Positions 43,638 to 54,560 are shown, counted from the whole stretch's first letter. The stretch: 63,760 bases of DNA, filler included, from 9 parts of 9 records of this genome joined end to end with filler, not necessarily neighbours in it; one strand, 5' to 3'. The notes: a model not told the origin generated them from the letters alone. Translations and numbers: made by a program.

Positions 43638-43988
43638 CTACATACGTTTTTCTTTGATACGGGCTTTCTTCCCGGTAAGCCCTCTAAAGTAATAGATACG
43701 AGCTCTACGTACGCTACCTTTTTTATTGACTTCAATTTTTTGCAGTGCTGGCATATTAAGTGGGAATATACGTTCCACACCAACGGTACCGCTCATTTTA
43801 CGGATTGTAAAAGTTTTGGTTATGCCTGTTCCCTTAACTTGTATTACTACACCTCTAAAGAACTGGGTTCTGGTTTTTTCACCTTCACGGATTTCATAGA
43901 ATACAGTAATTGTATCACCGGCTCCGAATTCAGGAAATTCTTTTTTTGTAACAAATTCGTCTTGTACAAACTTTATTAACGCTTCCAT
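43638..43988 (-). CDS. rplS: 50S ribosomal protein L19
   Basis: PEFGAGDTI, RTQFFRGVVI, TFTIRK, GVERIFP, VRRARIYY and GKKARIKE. Confidence 0.98.
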   Translation of the reverse strand: MEALIKFVQDEFVTKKEFPEFGAGDTITVFYEIREGEKTRTQFFRGVVIQVKGTGITKTFTIRKMSGTVGVERIFPLNMPALQKIEVNKKGSVRRARIYYFRGLTGKKARIKEKRM

Positions 43989-44018
43989 TTTGTTAATTTG
44001 ATAAGGATTAAATTAAAA

Positions 44019-44046
44019 CAACATTCGCGGTTCTCGCCAGAGGTTG
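44019..44046 (-). promoter_or_regulatory. Probable L19-Flavobacteria ribosomal protein leader
   Basis: CAAC-CTCTG-GCG-AGAAC-CGC-GAAT-GTTG hairpin with an internal loop, between the promoter and the rplS ATG. Confidence 0.7.
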
Positions 44047-44059
44047 AATTAAGTGGGTG

Positions 44060-44067
44060 CAAAAATA
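44060..44067 (-). promoter_or_regulatory. Bacteroidota -7 element for rplS
   Basis: TATTTTTG matches TAnnTTTG. Confidence 0.7.
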
Positions 44068-44093
44068 AGCATTTATTTTTAGCAAGCAAGTAT

Positions 44094-44193
44094 NNNNNNN
44101 NNNNNNNNNNNNNNNNNNNNNNNNNNNNNNNNNNNNNTTAATTAATTAANNNNNNNNNNNNNNNNNNNNNNNNNNNNNNNNNNNNNNNNNNNN
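44094..44193. other. Artificial contig linker
   Basis: Same 100-bp linker. Confidence 0.98.
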
Positions 44194-44332
44194 CCCTGCT
44201 TTTCAATCGTCACATTCTGATAGTCACTCATGCTTCACTCCCCCTGATTTATTTTCGCCAAGTGTGACCCGATGTGACGCATAAACTCAAGCAGACTGCT
44301 ACACTGTAGGAATCGCAAAACAGGAGCGCCAA

Positions 44333-45466
44333 ATGAGTGAAAGAAAAATCCGCCTCGGCATTATCGGCGGCGGCGCTGGTTCCATGATCGGCGATATCCA
44401 TCGCCTCGCCGCGCTCCACACCGGCAAATTCGAAATCGTCGCAGGCGCGCTCGCTTCAACAAAAGAACGCTCCGATGCCTCCGCCGAAAAGGCAGGCATT
44501 CCACTTGACCGCTCCTATGGCCACTACGAAGACATGGCAGAGGCCGAAGCCGCCCGCGCAGATGGTGTCGAAGCCGTCGCCATCCTCACACCCAATGCGC
44601 TGCACGCCCCCGTCGCACATGCTTTCCTGCAACACGGTGCCCACATCATTTGTGAAAAACCGATGACCGGCGACCTACCGCAAGCCGATGCGCTGACAAA
44701 AGCCGTCGCAGATGCCAACACCGCCTTCATCGTCACACACAGCTATACAGCATTCTCCATGGTGCGCCGCGCGCGTGAACTAATCGGCTCTGGCGAACTG
44801 GGCGACATTCGCACCATTCATTCTGCCTATCTGCAAGCAGCCCGCATCGGCTACGAGCAAGACCCCGCCGCCGCCAATTGGCATCTCGATCCAGCACTTT
44901 CCGGCATCGCAGGCACATTGGCCGATGTCGGCAGCCACGCTTTCCACATGATGACATGGCTCACAGGGTTGAAGCTCGAAAGCCTCGCCGCTGACTTATC
45001 CGCCTTTGGCATCCACAACAAAGTGGACAATGACGGCAACGCGCTGCTGCGCTTCAAGGGCGGCGCGAAAGGCAATCTGTCATTTTCCCAAATGGCCATA
45101 GGCAAGGATAACAGCTTCGGCTTCTTCCTCTATGGCTCCAAAGCCTCGCTGGCATGGTCGGTTGAAACCCCCAACGAATTGCATTTCACACGTGCAGGCC
45201 AACCCGCGGAAATCCTCACGCCGGATGCTGCCGCCCTTGCCGAGGATGCCCATTGGGAAGCCATGGGCTTTGGCCCCTTCGCGCCCTATGCATCGGCCTT
45301 CCGTCGCCTCTATGACGAAGCCGCCGACCAGATCAACGCCCGAAAATCCGGCATCATCCCGCCCGCCATGCTCGCCCCCGACATCGCGGAAGGCCACGCC
45401 GTCATGCGCTTCATCGATGCCACCGTCAAATCATCCGCCAACGGATCGACTTGGGTGCACCTCTAA
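44333..45466 (+). CDS. Gfo/Idh/MocA-family oxidoreductase
   Basis: LGIIGGG...IGDIHR, TPNALH, ICEKPM and DVGSH. Confidence 0.93.
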   Translation: MSERKIRLGIIGGGAGSMIGDIHRLAALHTGKFEIVAGALASTKERSDASAEKAGIPLDRSYGHYEDMAEAEAARADGVEAVAILTPNALHAPVAHAFLQHGAHIICEKPMTGDLPQADALTKAVADANTAFIVTHSYTAFSMVRRARELIGSGELGDIRTIHSAYLQAARIGYEQDPAAANWHLDPALSGIAGTLADVGSHAFHMMTWLTGLKLESLAADLSAFGIHNKVDNDGNALLRFKGGAKGNLSFSQMAIGKDNSFGFFLYGSKASLAWSVETPNELHFTRAGQPAEILTPDAAALAEDAHWEAMGFGPFAPYASAFRRLYDEAADQINARKSGIIPPAMLAPDIAEGHAVMRFIDATVKSSANGSTWVHL

Positions 45467-45472
45467 AAGCAC

Positions 45473-47461
45473 CTAATGCACCGGCAAGGCATAGGCCACA
45501 ATCGTATCGCCCAATTTTGCACCTGCCCGCGCATGACCGCCTGCGGCAATCACCACATATTGCCGTCCCTGCCATGTATATGACATGGGTGTCGCCTGCC
45601 CGCCTGCGGGCAAACGCCCCTTCCACAGTTCCGCGCCCGTCTCCGTATCAAAGGCACGCAGATAATTATCCATCGCAGCGCCAATGAATGTCAGACCCGA
45701 TTTCGTCACCAGCGGCCCGCCAAAATTAGGCACACCCCATTTCAGCGGCAACGGCACAGGAGCCAAATCACGGATGGTGCCCAGAGGCTCGTCCCATTTG
45801 ATCGTGCCGGTGTTCAGATCAACCGCCACCAGCTTGCCCCATGGCGGCGACGTGCAAGGCAGCCCCAAAGGCGAGAGAAAAAGATCGCGCCGCATCCCAT
45901 AAGGCGTCCCCGTCATAGGCGAAATTTCCGAATGTCCGCCCGCATCCTTGCGCCCCTTGAATTCATCAGCCGGAAACAGCGTCACGATATGCGCGGCAAT
46001 ATTCATATTCACAACTGCCACATTGCGCACCGGATCAAAGGCCATGCCGCCCCAGTTCGCCCCACCGCCATTGAACGGATAAAGCACAGTCCCCTCCAGA
46101 GAGGGCGGCGTGAAAAGCCCGTCGCTGCGCGCCTTCTCCAGCCGCGCCGCACAGGCTCTCTTGTCAAACCACGCAACGCCCCAGGCCGCGTCCTTACCCA
46201 GTTCTTGTGGCACCAGCGCAGGCGGCTTCACGGGGAAAGGCTGTGTCGGCGACAGAAATTCGCCCAGCACCCCGCCCTGCGGCACCGCGCGTTCCTCCAC
46301 GCCGAAGAAAGGCTTGCCCGTCTCGCGCTCCAGCACAAACATAAAGCCGGTCTTGGTCACCTGAATAACCACATCCACCGGCTCGCCATCGCGCAACAAT
46401 GTCGCCAGTGTCGGCTGGGATGGCAGGTCATAGTCCCAGACATCGTGATGCACCGTCTGGAAAGACCACACCACCTCGCCCGTGGCCACTTTCAGCGCCA
46501 CCACGGAATTGGCATAGCGGTTATCGCCCTTGCGCAACCCGCCGAAAAAATCGGGGCTCGCGCTCGATGTCGGCAGGATAACCAGCCCGCGCGCCTCATC
46601 CACAGAAAAAGGCGCCCAGACATTGGCTTGGCCCACACGGGTCGCGTCTTGCGGCCAGTCCTTGGGATGGTCGCGTTTGCCGCGCGCCACCGGATCAAAT
46701 TTCCATACTGCCTTGCCGGTCCGCGCATCAAATGCCCGCACCGTCCCCTTGGGCGCATCGGCCCGCAAATTGTCGCTGATCGCCGAACCGATAATCACAG
46801 TATCGCTGACCACCACCGGCGGCGAAGTGATCTGGAATTCACCGGGCCAGACCAGCAGCCGGTCGGCCCCCACCTCCAGTTCGCCGGGCCGCAATTGGTC
46901 CGGCCCGAAGCCCGCACAGAGCCGCCCGTTGCGCGCATCCAGCGCAATCAGCCGCCCGTCATTCGTGCCCATGAAAATCCGTGTCGCGCAGTCCGAATTC
47001 GGCGCGGCCATAGCGTCCTGCCAATAGGCAACCCCTCGACAGACAAATTGGTTTGCCGGTCGCTGGTCGGTGGCAATCTTGGGGTCATAGCTCCACAGCA
47101 CCGCCCCGCTGGCTGGATCAAGCGCCATCACCACATTGAAAGGCGTGCAGACCACCAGCCGGTCACCGGCCAGAATAGGCGTCCCCTGAAAGGCATAGCG
47201 CTCCAGCACCGCCTCGGACTTGCCCTCCATCGCACCGGTCGAGGCCGACCAGACCTGCTCCAGCCCGCCCACATTCTCCGGCGTGATCTCGTTAGCCGCT
47301 ACATAGCGCTGGCCGCCTGCATCGCCGCCATAATGATCCCATAGCGCACCGGCAGGTTGCGCCGCCCATGCTCCCCCGCCGGTCGGCACCCCCGCCAGTC
47401 CAAGCAGCAAAACCGCCAACAAGCGTCCCCGTGCGCGCATCCATGCCAGCCCGACCATCAT
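45473..47461 (-). CDS. Periplasmic PQQ-dependent dehydrogenase (glucose/quinate DH-like, no N-terminal TM bundle)
   Basis: Signal peptide; WDHYGG, CRGVAYW, TSPP, FQTVHHDVWDYD, GGANWGG, PPWG and GGQATPMSY. Confidence 0.93.
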   Translation of the reverse strand: MMVGLAWMRARGRLLAVLLLGLAGVPTGGGAWAAQPAGALWDHYGGDAGGQRYVAANEITPENVGGLEQVWSASTGAMEGKSEAVLERYAFQGTPILAGDRLVVCTPFNVVMALDPASGAVLWSYDPKIATDQRPANQFVCRGVAYWQDAMAAPNSDCATRIFMGTNDGRLIALDARNGRLCAGFGPDQLRPGELEVGADRLLVWPGEFQITSPPVVVSDTVIIGSAISDNLRADAPKGTVRAFDARTGKAVWKFDPVARGKRDHPKDWPQDATRVGQANVWAPFSVDEARGLVILPTSSASPDFFGGLRKGDNRYANSVVALKVATGEVVWSFQTVHHDVWDYDLPSQPTLATLLRDGEPVDVVIQVTKTGFMFVLERETGKPFFGVEERAVPQGGVLGEFLSPTQPFPVKPPALVPQELGKDAAWGVAWFDKRACAARLEKARSDGLFTPPSLEGTVLYPFNGGGANWGGMAFDPVRNVAVVNMNIAAHIVTLFPADEFKGRKDAGGHSEISPMTGTPYGMRRDLFLSPLGLPCTSPPWGKLVAVDLNTGTIKWDEPLGTIRDLAPVPLPLKWGVPNFGGPLVTKSGLTFIGAAMDNYLRAFDTETGAELWKGRLPAGGQATPMSYTWQGRQYVVIAAGGHARAGAKLGDTIVAYALPVH

Positions 47462-47491
47462 TCATCCCCTCTGCATTCATCAAACAATTTG

Positions 47492-47512
47492 ATAAATGAA
47501 CCGTTCATTCAT
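47492..47512. promoter_or_regulatory. Probable TetR operator
   Basis: AATGAAC-C-GTTCATT perfect inverted repeat in the 86-bp divergent spacer. Confidence 0.75.
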
Positions 47513-47547
47513 ACAATGAGCCGAAACCGCATGAAGTTCAAGACCAC

Positions 47548-48315
47548 ATGACGCCCCAACCAGCTTTGTACCCTCCCTCGCCCCGATCCTCAGGCCGCGC
47601 CCGCACCAGCGCCGCCGAACGCGCGGAGCGTTTCACAGCCATTGCCGATGCAGCCATCGCCTGCTTCAGCCATGCGGGCTACAAACGCACACAGGTGGCA
47701 GACATTGCAGCCCATTTGGGTGCCTCTACCGGCTCGCTCTATCTCTATGTCTCGGGCAAGGAAGCCCTCTTCCACCTCGCCGTAATGCGGATTTGCGACC
47801 AGTCTTTCACCGGCCTCACCGCGCCTTTGCCCGCCCCCTCGATCGACGAAACAGTCACATTGCTGGAGGATGCAGCAAAGAGGCTCGGCACATGGCCCGG
47901 CCTCGCGGCGGCAATCGCAAGCGGCATGCGGCCAGACTTCGACCTCTTCAACAAAATAGGTCTGGAGCTCTATGATTTGCTTGAAAATATCCGCGCAGCG
48001 GTCTGGTTGCTGGATGCTTGCGCCATGGACATTCCCGCGCTCAACCGTGCATACCGCGTCACCCTGCGCGGCGCATATCTGACCGAGCTGGTTAAGGTAA
48101 TCTTGCAAGGGAAACATCTAACAACCGCACAGGCCTATATCGGCGCCCGCACATCCATAGAAATCATCGCATGGGCCGCCATGCACCGCCTTCGCGAGCA
48201 GACGCTGCCCGAAGAGCTTGCCATGGACGAAGCCATGATCCGGCAGACATCCGCGCAGGGCTTTGCGGCCGCGCTCATGGCTCTCACCACAGGCGCGTCC
48301 GCGTCGCTTACTTGA
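47548..48315 (+). CDS. TetR/AcrR-family regulator
   Basis: HTH region GYKRTQVADIAAHLGASTGSLYLYVSGKEALF. Confidence 0.92.
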   Translation: MTPQPALYPPSPRSSGRARTSAAERAERFTAIADAAIACFSHAGYKRTQVADIAAHLGASTGSLYLYVSGKEALFHLAVMRICDQSFTGLTAPLPAPSIDETVTLLEDAAKRLGTWPGLAAAIASGMRPDFDLFNKIGLELYDLLENIRAAVWLLDACAMDIPALNRAYRVTLRGAYLTELVKVILQGKHLTTAQAYIGARTSIEIIAWAAMHRLREQTLPEELAMDEAMIRQTSAQGFAAALMALTTGASASLT

Positions 48316-48335
48316 ATGGCAATGGATAGAAGGCT

Positions 48336-48659
48336 TTAGCCTTCGGTCTGGATCTGCTTTGCCGCTTCAGCCAGCAATTCTTCCATGTTGCGACGGATCT
48401 GGTGGTCAGACTGATCCACGCCCTTGGCGTCGAAATCGCCACGAATCTTGCGGAACACGTCTTCCTCGCCCGCTTCTTCCAGATCGGCCACAACGACACT
48501 TTTGGCATATTCGTCTGCCGCAGCGCCTTCCAGACCCATCAGACCAGCGGCCCAAAGGCCCAGCAGCTTGTTGCGCCGTGCAGTCGCCTTGAACAGCAAG
48601 GCCTCGTCATGGGCAAACTTGTTCTCGAAATTGTCTTCGCGCTTGTCGAAGGTGGACAT
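48336..48659 (-). CDS. F1Fo-ATPase inhibitor zeta subunit (DUF1476)
   Basis: MSTFDKREDNFENKFAHD, ARRNKLLGLWAA and EEAGEEDVFRK. Confidence 0.93.
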   Translation of the reverse strand: MSTFDKREDNFENKFAHDEALLFKATARRNKLLGLWAAGLMGLEGAAADEYAKSVVVADLEEAGEEDVFRKIRGDFDAKGVDQSDHQIRRNMEELLAEAAKQIQTEG

Positions 48660-48872
48660 GGGAACTCCGGTCGTCTGATAAACTGAAAGATAGGCTTAGC
48701 CTTGGGCGACCATCAAATCAACCGTGATCACCCCCTATTGGTAAAGCATTTGGGGTGTCGGCCCCGCCCGCGCAAGTGTCCTGTCTAACGGGGACGAGCA
48801 TAAGAAATACCACCGAGACGTCGCCCAGAACGTCGCCCCCCAGGCGCATTTCATCCGCCCACAAGGTCGCCC

Positions 48873-48972
48873 NNNNNNNNNNNNNNNNNNNNNNNNNNNN
48901 NNNNNNNNNNNNNNNNTTAATTAATTAANNNNNNNNNNNNNNNNNNNNNNNNNNNNNNNNNNNNNNNNNNNN
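48873..48972. other. Artificial contig linker
   Basis: Same 100-bp linker. Confidence 0.98.
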
Positions 48973-49255
48973 TGAACTTGCTGTCGACCTTGTCCCACCA
49001 GCCCGCGCCTTGCGGTCCGCCGTCCTGCTGTTCCATGTCCTTGACGCGGAAGCCCAGCAGCACGGCCTTTTTCGCCCACTGGTTGACGTGCCATGTGCCG
49101 TCGTCGCCGCGTTCGGCCACCCGCAGCTTGCCACTGTCGAGCGCGTTCAGCGTGTCCTCGATGGCGTCGCGGGTTTCACCCGTGGTCGACGGGGTAATGT
49201 CTGCCCGGTTTTCCCAGGCGGCCTCGATGGCGGTTTCAAGCTGTGCGTTGGACAT
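48973..49255 (-). CDS. dapD: Tetrahydrodipicolinate N-succinyltransferase, 3'-truncated
   Basis: [26 protein letters not shown] and WWDKVDSKF. Confidence 0.94.
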
Positions 49256-49344
49256 GGTGCCCTCTCCCCTCGGAATACGTTCCGATGCCCTATAGCGGTC
49301 CTGACGTGGCGGAACAATCCTCCGCCACTCCTTCACCATGGGCC

Positions 49345-50262
49345 CTATCCCAGCGGATCGGGGGCGATGTTGCCGCCGCACAGCAGCACCGCTACCCGTT
49401 CGTCCGAGGCGGGGATGTAGGCGCCGCTGATCAGCGCGGCCAGTGCGCAGGCCCCGGCGGGTTCGACCAGCAGGCGGTGCGCTTGCCACAGGAGGCGCTG
49501 GGCGTCGGTGATGGCCGTGTCCGTGACGGTGACGACCGGGGTGGCGTGCTCTCGCGCGAGGTCAAAGCAGATCTGACCGATGCGGCGCGCGCCAAGCGCG
49601 TTGGCGGCCACGCCCGAGACGCTGACATCCACTGGTGCGCCCGCTGTCATCGCGGCGTCGAGCGTGTTGCACGAGGCGGGTTCAACGGCGACGATCTTGC
49701 GCGCGCCTTGGTTCCACGCGAGGGAGCCGCCGATCAGTCCGCCGCCGCCCACGGCGATCAGTACGGTGTCGGCATCCAGCCCCTGTGCCTCCCACTCGCG
49801 CAGGCAGGTGCCTTGGCCCGCCACCGTCAGCGGGGCGTCATAGGCGTGGACCTGCATTGCGCCGTGCCGCTGCTCATGGCGTTTGGCCATGTCCAGCGCA
49901 TCGGCGTATTCGCCGGGCACCACGGTCAGGTCAGCCCCGGTGCGTTCGATCAGGGCGATCTTGGCGGGACCGGCGATCTCGGGGACAAAGATCTGCGCCT
50001 TGTGGCCCAGTCGGTGCGCGGCAAACCCCACCGCCGCGCCATGATTGCCACCCGAGGCGGCGACCACCCCGCCTGCGGGCACATCAACGGCGCGCAGGGT
50101 GTTGAACGCGCCGCGCGCCTTGAAACTGCCGGTGTGTTGCAGATGCTCCAGCTTGATCGCGACGGGACGCTCCCAGAGCGCGTCCGAGGTCATGACAGGG
50201 GTGGTCACGGTATAGCCGCCAATCCTGTCGGCGGCTGCTTTGATCTCGGCTTTCCAATTCAT
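49345..50262 (-). CDS. PLP-dependent threonine/serine dehydratase
   Basis: [28 protein letters not shown] and LCGGN. Confidence 0.92.
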   Translation of the reverse strand: MNWKAEIKAAADRIGGYTVTTPVMTSDALWERPVAIKLEHLQHTGSFKARGAFNTLRAVDVPAGGVVAASGGNHGAAVGFAAHRLGHKAQIFVPEIAGPAKIALIERTGADLTVVPGEYADALDMAKRHEQRHGAMQVHAYDAPLTVAGQGTCLREWEAQGLDADTVLIAVGGGGLIGGSLAWNQGARKIVAVEPASCNTLDAAMTAGAPVDVSVSGVAANALGARRIGQICFDLAREHATPVVTVTDTAITDAQRLLWQAHRLLVEPAGACALAALISGAYIPASDERVAVLLCGGNIAPDPLG

Positions 50263-50362
50263 CGGCTGTCCTGCGGTGCTGGTGGGTGGATATGTTCGCG
50301 GTAACTGGCGCTTTGGAGCGGCACGCTATAGTTCTGAGGAAAGGCGAACAAGGAGCCGCACT

Positions 50363-51205
50363 ATGAAAGACGACCGCCGCAGCCCGCTGCGCAATGCGCA
50401 TACGGACCGCGATACCGCAAAGCAAATCCCGGAAACCCCGCAGACGCTGTCCCCCAGCTATCGGCTGGCCTTTGCGGATGATGAATTCCTGTACCGCGAT
50501 GAGTTGCGCCCGGTGCGTCTGCAACTGGAATTGCAGAAGTTCGAGATGCTGATGGACGAACACGGCATCGACTCGACCGTTGTGCTGTTTGGCGGCGCGC
50601 GTATCCCGGCCCCGGCGGACAAGGACACGGCGCGGACCAAGACGCTGGCCGATCTGTCGCGGTTCTACGACGAGGCGCGTGAATTTGCGCGGTTGATGAC
50701 GGCCAAGTCGAAGGAAACCGGCAACCGCGACTTTGTGATCGTGACCGGCGGCGGTCCCGGTGTCATGGAGGCAGGCAACCGTGGCGCGCATGATGAGGGC
50801 GGCCAGTCCATCGGGTTGAACATCGTGCTGCCGCACGAGCAAGCGCCCAACCCCTATGTGACCCCCGACCTTGCGTTCAACTTTCACTATTTCGCCATTC
50901 GCAAGATGCACTTTCTGATGCGGGCGCGGGCGATCTGTGTGTTTCCCGGCGGGTTCGGCACACTGGATGAGTTGTTCGAGACGCTGACCCTGATCCAGAC
51001 GGGCCGCATGCAGCGGGTGCCGCTGTTGCTGTTCGGGCGCGAATTCTGGGAGCGGATCATCAATTGGGACGCGCTGGCCGAGGCGGGCACGATCAGCCCA
51101 GAGGATCTGGACCTGTTCCGCTTTGTTGAAAGCGCGGCAGAGGCGGTCGAACTGGTCGAAAACTGGGGTCCGGCGGACGCTCGAACCGATTTGCCGGACC
51201 GCTAA
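50363..51205 (+). CDS. LOG-family nucleotide phosphoribohydrolase
   Basis: TGGGPGVMEAGNRGA, FAIRKMHF and PGGFGTLDE; AAGGAG RBS before ATG 50363. Confidence 0.93.
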   Translation: MKDDRRSPLRNAHTDRDTAKQIPETPQTLSPSYRLAFADDEFLYRDELRPVRLQLELQKFEMLMDEHGIDSTVVLFGGARIPAPADKDTARTKTLADLSRFYDEAREFARLMTAKSKETGNRDFVIVTGGGPGVMEAGNRGAHDEGGQSIGLNIVLPHEQAPNPYVTPDLAFNFHYFAIRKMHFLMRARAICVFPGGFGTLDELFETLTLIQTGRMQRVPLLLFGREFWERIINWDALAEAGTISPEDLDLFRFVESAAEAVELVENWGPADARTDLPDR

Positions 51206-51268
51206 GGTCTGGCTCTATGTCTGGGCTTGTGACTGGTTTGTGAGACGGGTTTTCGGTGAAAACCTGTC

Positions 51269-53152
51269 TCAGCTGGATTGCGCGGCTTCGTCCAGTTCGG
51301 CCTGTTCGACCCAGCGTGAGATGACCGCCCGCGCCGCCCCTTCATCGCCGGTTTCGATGGCCTGCCGCAGATCCTTGATCGCGGTGGCCACTTCGAATTC
51401 CGACAAAAAGATTTCCTGAGCGCGCAGGATCTTTGTGTGTGGGGTGGTCAGCATGTCCGAGGAAATCAGCAGCTCTTCATGCAGCTTTTCGCCGGGACGC
51501 AGGCCGGTGATCTTGATCTCAATGTCGCCTTGGGGTGTGTCTTCGTCGCGGACAGTGAACCCGGCGCCTTCGATCATCTGGCGGGCCAGTTTGCGGATCG
51601 GAACCGGATCGCCCATGTCGAGCACAAAGACATCGCCACCGCGGGCAAACGACCCGGCCAGCAAGACCAGCCGCGCCGCCTCTGATATGGTCATGAAATA
51701 GCGGGTGACCTGCGGGTCCGTCAACGTGACCGGACCGCCACGCAGGATCTGTTCCTCAAACAGCGGGATGACAGATCCGGACGAGCCCAACACGTTGCCG
51801 AACCTGACCATGGAAAACCGGGTGCCGGGGGTGCGGGCGGCCAGATCCTGGACCACCAGTTCCGCCAGCCGCTTGGACGCGCCCATGACGTTGGTCGGGC
51901 GCACCGCCTTGTCCGTCGAGACAAGGATAAACCGGTCAACCCCGGCAGAGCGGGCGGAATCCGCTAGGATCTTGGTGCCCAGCACGTTGTTGCGCAGGCC
52001 GGACAGCACGTTGTTTTCAACCAGCGGCAGATGTTTGTAGGCGGCGGCGTGCAGCACCACGTCGATGTCGTTTTCGACCAGCACTTCGCGCATCAGCCGT
52101 TCGTCCACAACCGACCCCAGCACCGGCACGATATGCAGCCCGTCGCCTATTTCCCGCAGTTCTTTGTCGATGTTGTAGAGCGCCAGTTCAGAGTGATCGA
52201 CCAGCACGACGCAATCGGGTTTGCAGGCAATCAACTGTCGGCAAAGCTCTGAACCAATGGAGCCGCCCGCACCGGACACCAGAATGCGGCGGCCAGAGTA
52301 GACATGGCTGACGCCGGGCAGTTCGCTTTCCAACCGGCTGCGGCCCAGCAGATCAAGGAGCGATACCGGAGTGACCTGTTTGCGGATCTCACCTTCGCCG
52401 ACCATGGCGGCGAAAGAGGGCAGGGCGTGGACCTCACATCCGATATGACGCAGCTTGTGTGCGATGCGTGCCAGCGCGGGCTGGCTGATCGACGGCATGG
52501 CAAGGACAACGCGGTCGATGTCCTTTTCCAACACCAGCGTCTTGAGGCTGGAGGGGGCATGGACGCGCAGGCCCGCGACAATCAGGCTTTGCAGCGTGGG
52601 ATTATCGTCGATGAAGGCCACCGGCAGGATGGCATCGTCATGGCGCAACGCGGCGACCAGCTGTTGACCGGTCTGCCCTGCGCCGTAGATCAACACCCGC
52701 ACGCGGTCCTTGCCGTGGCGATAGATGTTCAGCGTGACCTGCCGCAGGATGATCCGCCAAGAGGCGGACATGACCAGCACGAGCAGCGCAAAGATCACAA
52801 ATGCCCCGACTGGCAGGCCCGTTCTCATGACGGTGTTCAGGCCAAAGCCCAACACGCCCAAAATCCCGGCATAGGTTGCAGTCCGGATCACGCCGCGCAT
52901 CTCGTAGGCGTTGAGCGTGATGCGGGTCAGGCTCAGCGACCAACCCGCAGCAACGCCGGTGCCGGTTAGCAGGATCACCATGGGCAGGAGGGCGGACAAG
53001 GTCAGTTGATCGCTTGTGCCAGAGGTCGACAGGACAAGCGCGGCAAACATCGCCAACGGAACAACCAAAGAGTCCATCAGGATGAAAAGCAGTTGCTTTT
53101 GCGTCCGGGACAGGGCCATCACGAGGTTGTAGAACATTCTGCCGTGTCCCAT
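51269..53152 (-). CDS. CapD/PglF-type UDP-sugar 4,6-dehydratase
   Basis: N-terminal TMs; GAGGSIGSEL, HAAAYKH, STDKAVRPTNVMGASK, RFGNVLGSSGSVIP and RPGEKLHEEL. Confidence 0.94.
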   Translation of the reverse strand: MGHGRMFYNLVMALSRTQKQLLFILMDSLVVPLAMFAALVLSTSGTSDQLTLSALLPMVILLTGTGVAAGWSLSLTRITLNAYEMRGVIRTATYAGILGVLGFGLNTVMRTGLPVGAFVIFALLVLVMSASWRIILRQVTLNIYRHGKDRVRVLIYGAGQTGQQLVAALRHDDAILPVAFIDDNPTLQSLIVAGLRVHAPSSLKTLVLEKDIDRVVLAMPSISQPALARIAHKLRHIGCEVHALPSFAAMVGEGEIRKQVTPVSLLDLLGRSRLESELPGVSHVYSGRRILVSGAGGSIGSELCRQLIACKPDCVVLVDHSELALYNIDKELREIGDGLHIVPVLGSVVDERLMREVLVENDIDVVLHAAAYKHLPLVENNVLSGLRNNVLGTKILADSARSAGVDRFILVSTDKAVRPTNVMGASKRLAELVVQDLAARTPGTRFSMVRFGNVLGSSGSVIPLFEEQILRGGPVTLTDPQVTRYFMTISEAARLVLLAGSFARGGDVFVLDMGDPVPIRKLARQMIEGAGFTVRDEDTPQGDIEIKITGLRPGEKLHEELLISSDMLTTPHTKILRAQEIFLSEFEVATAIKDLRQAIETGDEGAARAVISRWVEQAELDEAAQSS

Positions 53153-53504
53153 GTCGATACGTTCCGGGAGCCTATCTGCCGGGTTCGAAACGAGGCTGGT
53201 CTTGCGCCAGGCTTGGCCGTTTCGTCGACGAGGACAACTCCGCTTTTTTCTGTCTTAGGTTACTCAACCGCAAGCAGGCAAGCCGCTTATTTCTGCGGTT
53301 GCGAGTACAAGCGGATTATCACCGGGGGGGTATGCCGGATTTTCGGGCGAATTTGAGCGTAATTCGGGCCGGTTGCCCGTTGAAGTGGCGGTGGAGCAAC
53401 GAATGGGGGCTTTCGCCCATGCTGCGCCTGCGATATGACACGCGCCATTCCGCTGGCCGTGCGATCCGCGCGTGGGTGGCGGCGCAACCCCTAAGGAGGG
53501 CCAT

Positions 53505-54460
53505 ATGGGCTACCGTATTGTCGTCGTTGGTGCCACGGGCAACGTGGGCCGCGAAATGCTCAACATCCTCGCCGAGCGGGCGTTCCCCGTCGACGAGATC
53601 GCCGTACTCGCCTCGCGCAAATCGCTGGGCACAGAGGTGAGCTTTGGCGACAAGACCCTCAAGACCAAGGATCTGGCCACTTTCGATTTCACTGGCTGGG
53701 ACATCGCCCTGTTTGCCGTCGGCTCTGGCCCGACCAAAGAATTCGCGCCCAAGGCCGCCGCGGCGGGCTGTGTCGTGATCGACAACTCGTCTTTGTATCG
53801 CTACGACCCGGACGTTCCGCTGATCGTGCCGGAAGTGAACGCCGACGCGGTCATGGGCTACACCAAGAAAAACATCATCGCGAACCCCAACTGTTCGACG
53901 GCGCAAATGGTCGTCGCGCTCAAGCCGCTGCATGACCGCGCGCGGATCAAGCGTGTTGTCGTCTCGACATACCAGTCGGTGTCCGGTTCGGGCAAAGAAG
54001 GCATGGATGAGCTGTGGGAGCAGACCAAGGCGGTCTACAACCCGACCAAGGACGTGCCGCCGACCAAGTTCACCAAGGAAATTGCCTTTAACGTGATTCC
54101 GCACATCGACGTCTTCATGGAAGACGGGTCCACCAAGGAAGAGTGGAAGATGGTGGCAGAGACGAAAAAGATCATCGACCCCAAGATCAAGGTCACAGCC
54201 ACCTGTGTGCGGGTGCCGGTCTTTGTTGGCCACTCCGAGGCGATCAACATCGAGTTCGAGGATCATCTGGACGAGGATGAGGCGCGCGACATCCTGCGCG
54301 AGGCCCCCGGCATCATGGTGATCGATAAGCGTGAGGATGGCGGCTACGTCACTCCCAAGGAATGCGTCGGCGATTTCGCCACCTTCATCAGCCGCATCCG
54401 TCAGGACAGCACCATCGACAACGGTCTGAACCTGTGGTGCGTCAGCGACAACCTGCGCAA
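53505..54460 (+). CDS. asd: Aspartate-semialdehyde dehydrogenase, 3'-truncated
   Basis: VGATGNVG, IDNSS, ANPNCST, STYQSVSG, TCVRVP and SDNLR. Confidence 0.97.
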
Positions 54461-54560
54461 NNNNNNNNNNNNNNNNNNNNNNNNNNNNNNNNNNNNNNNN
54501 NNNNTTAATTAATTAANNNNNNNNNNNNNNNNNNNNNNNNNNNNNNNNNNNNNNNNNNNN
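54461..54560. other. Artificial contig linker
   Basis: Same 100-bp linker. Confidence 0.98.
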
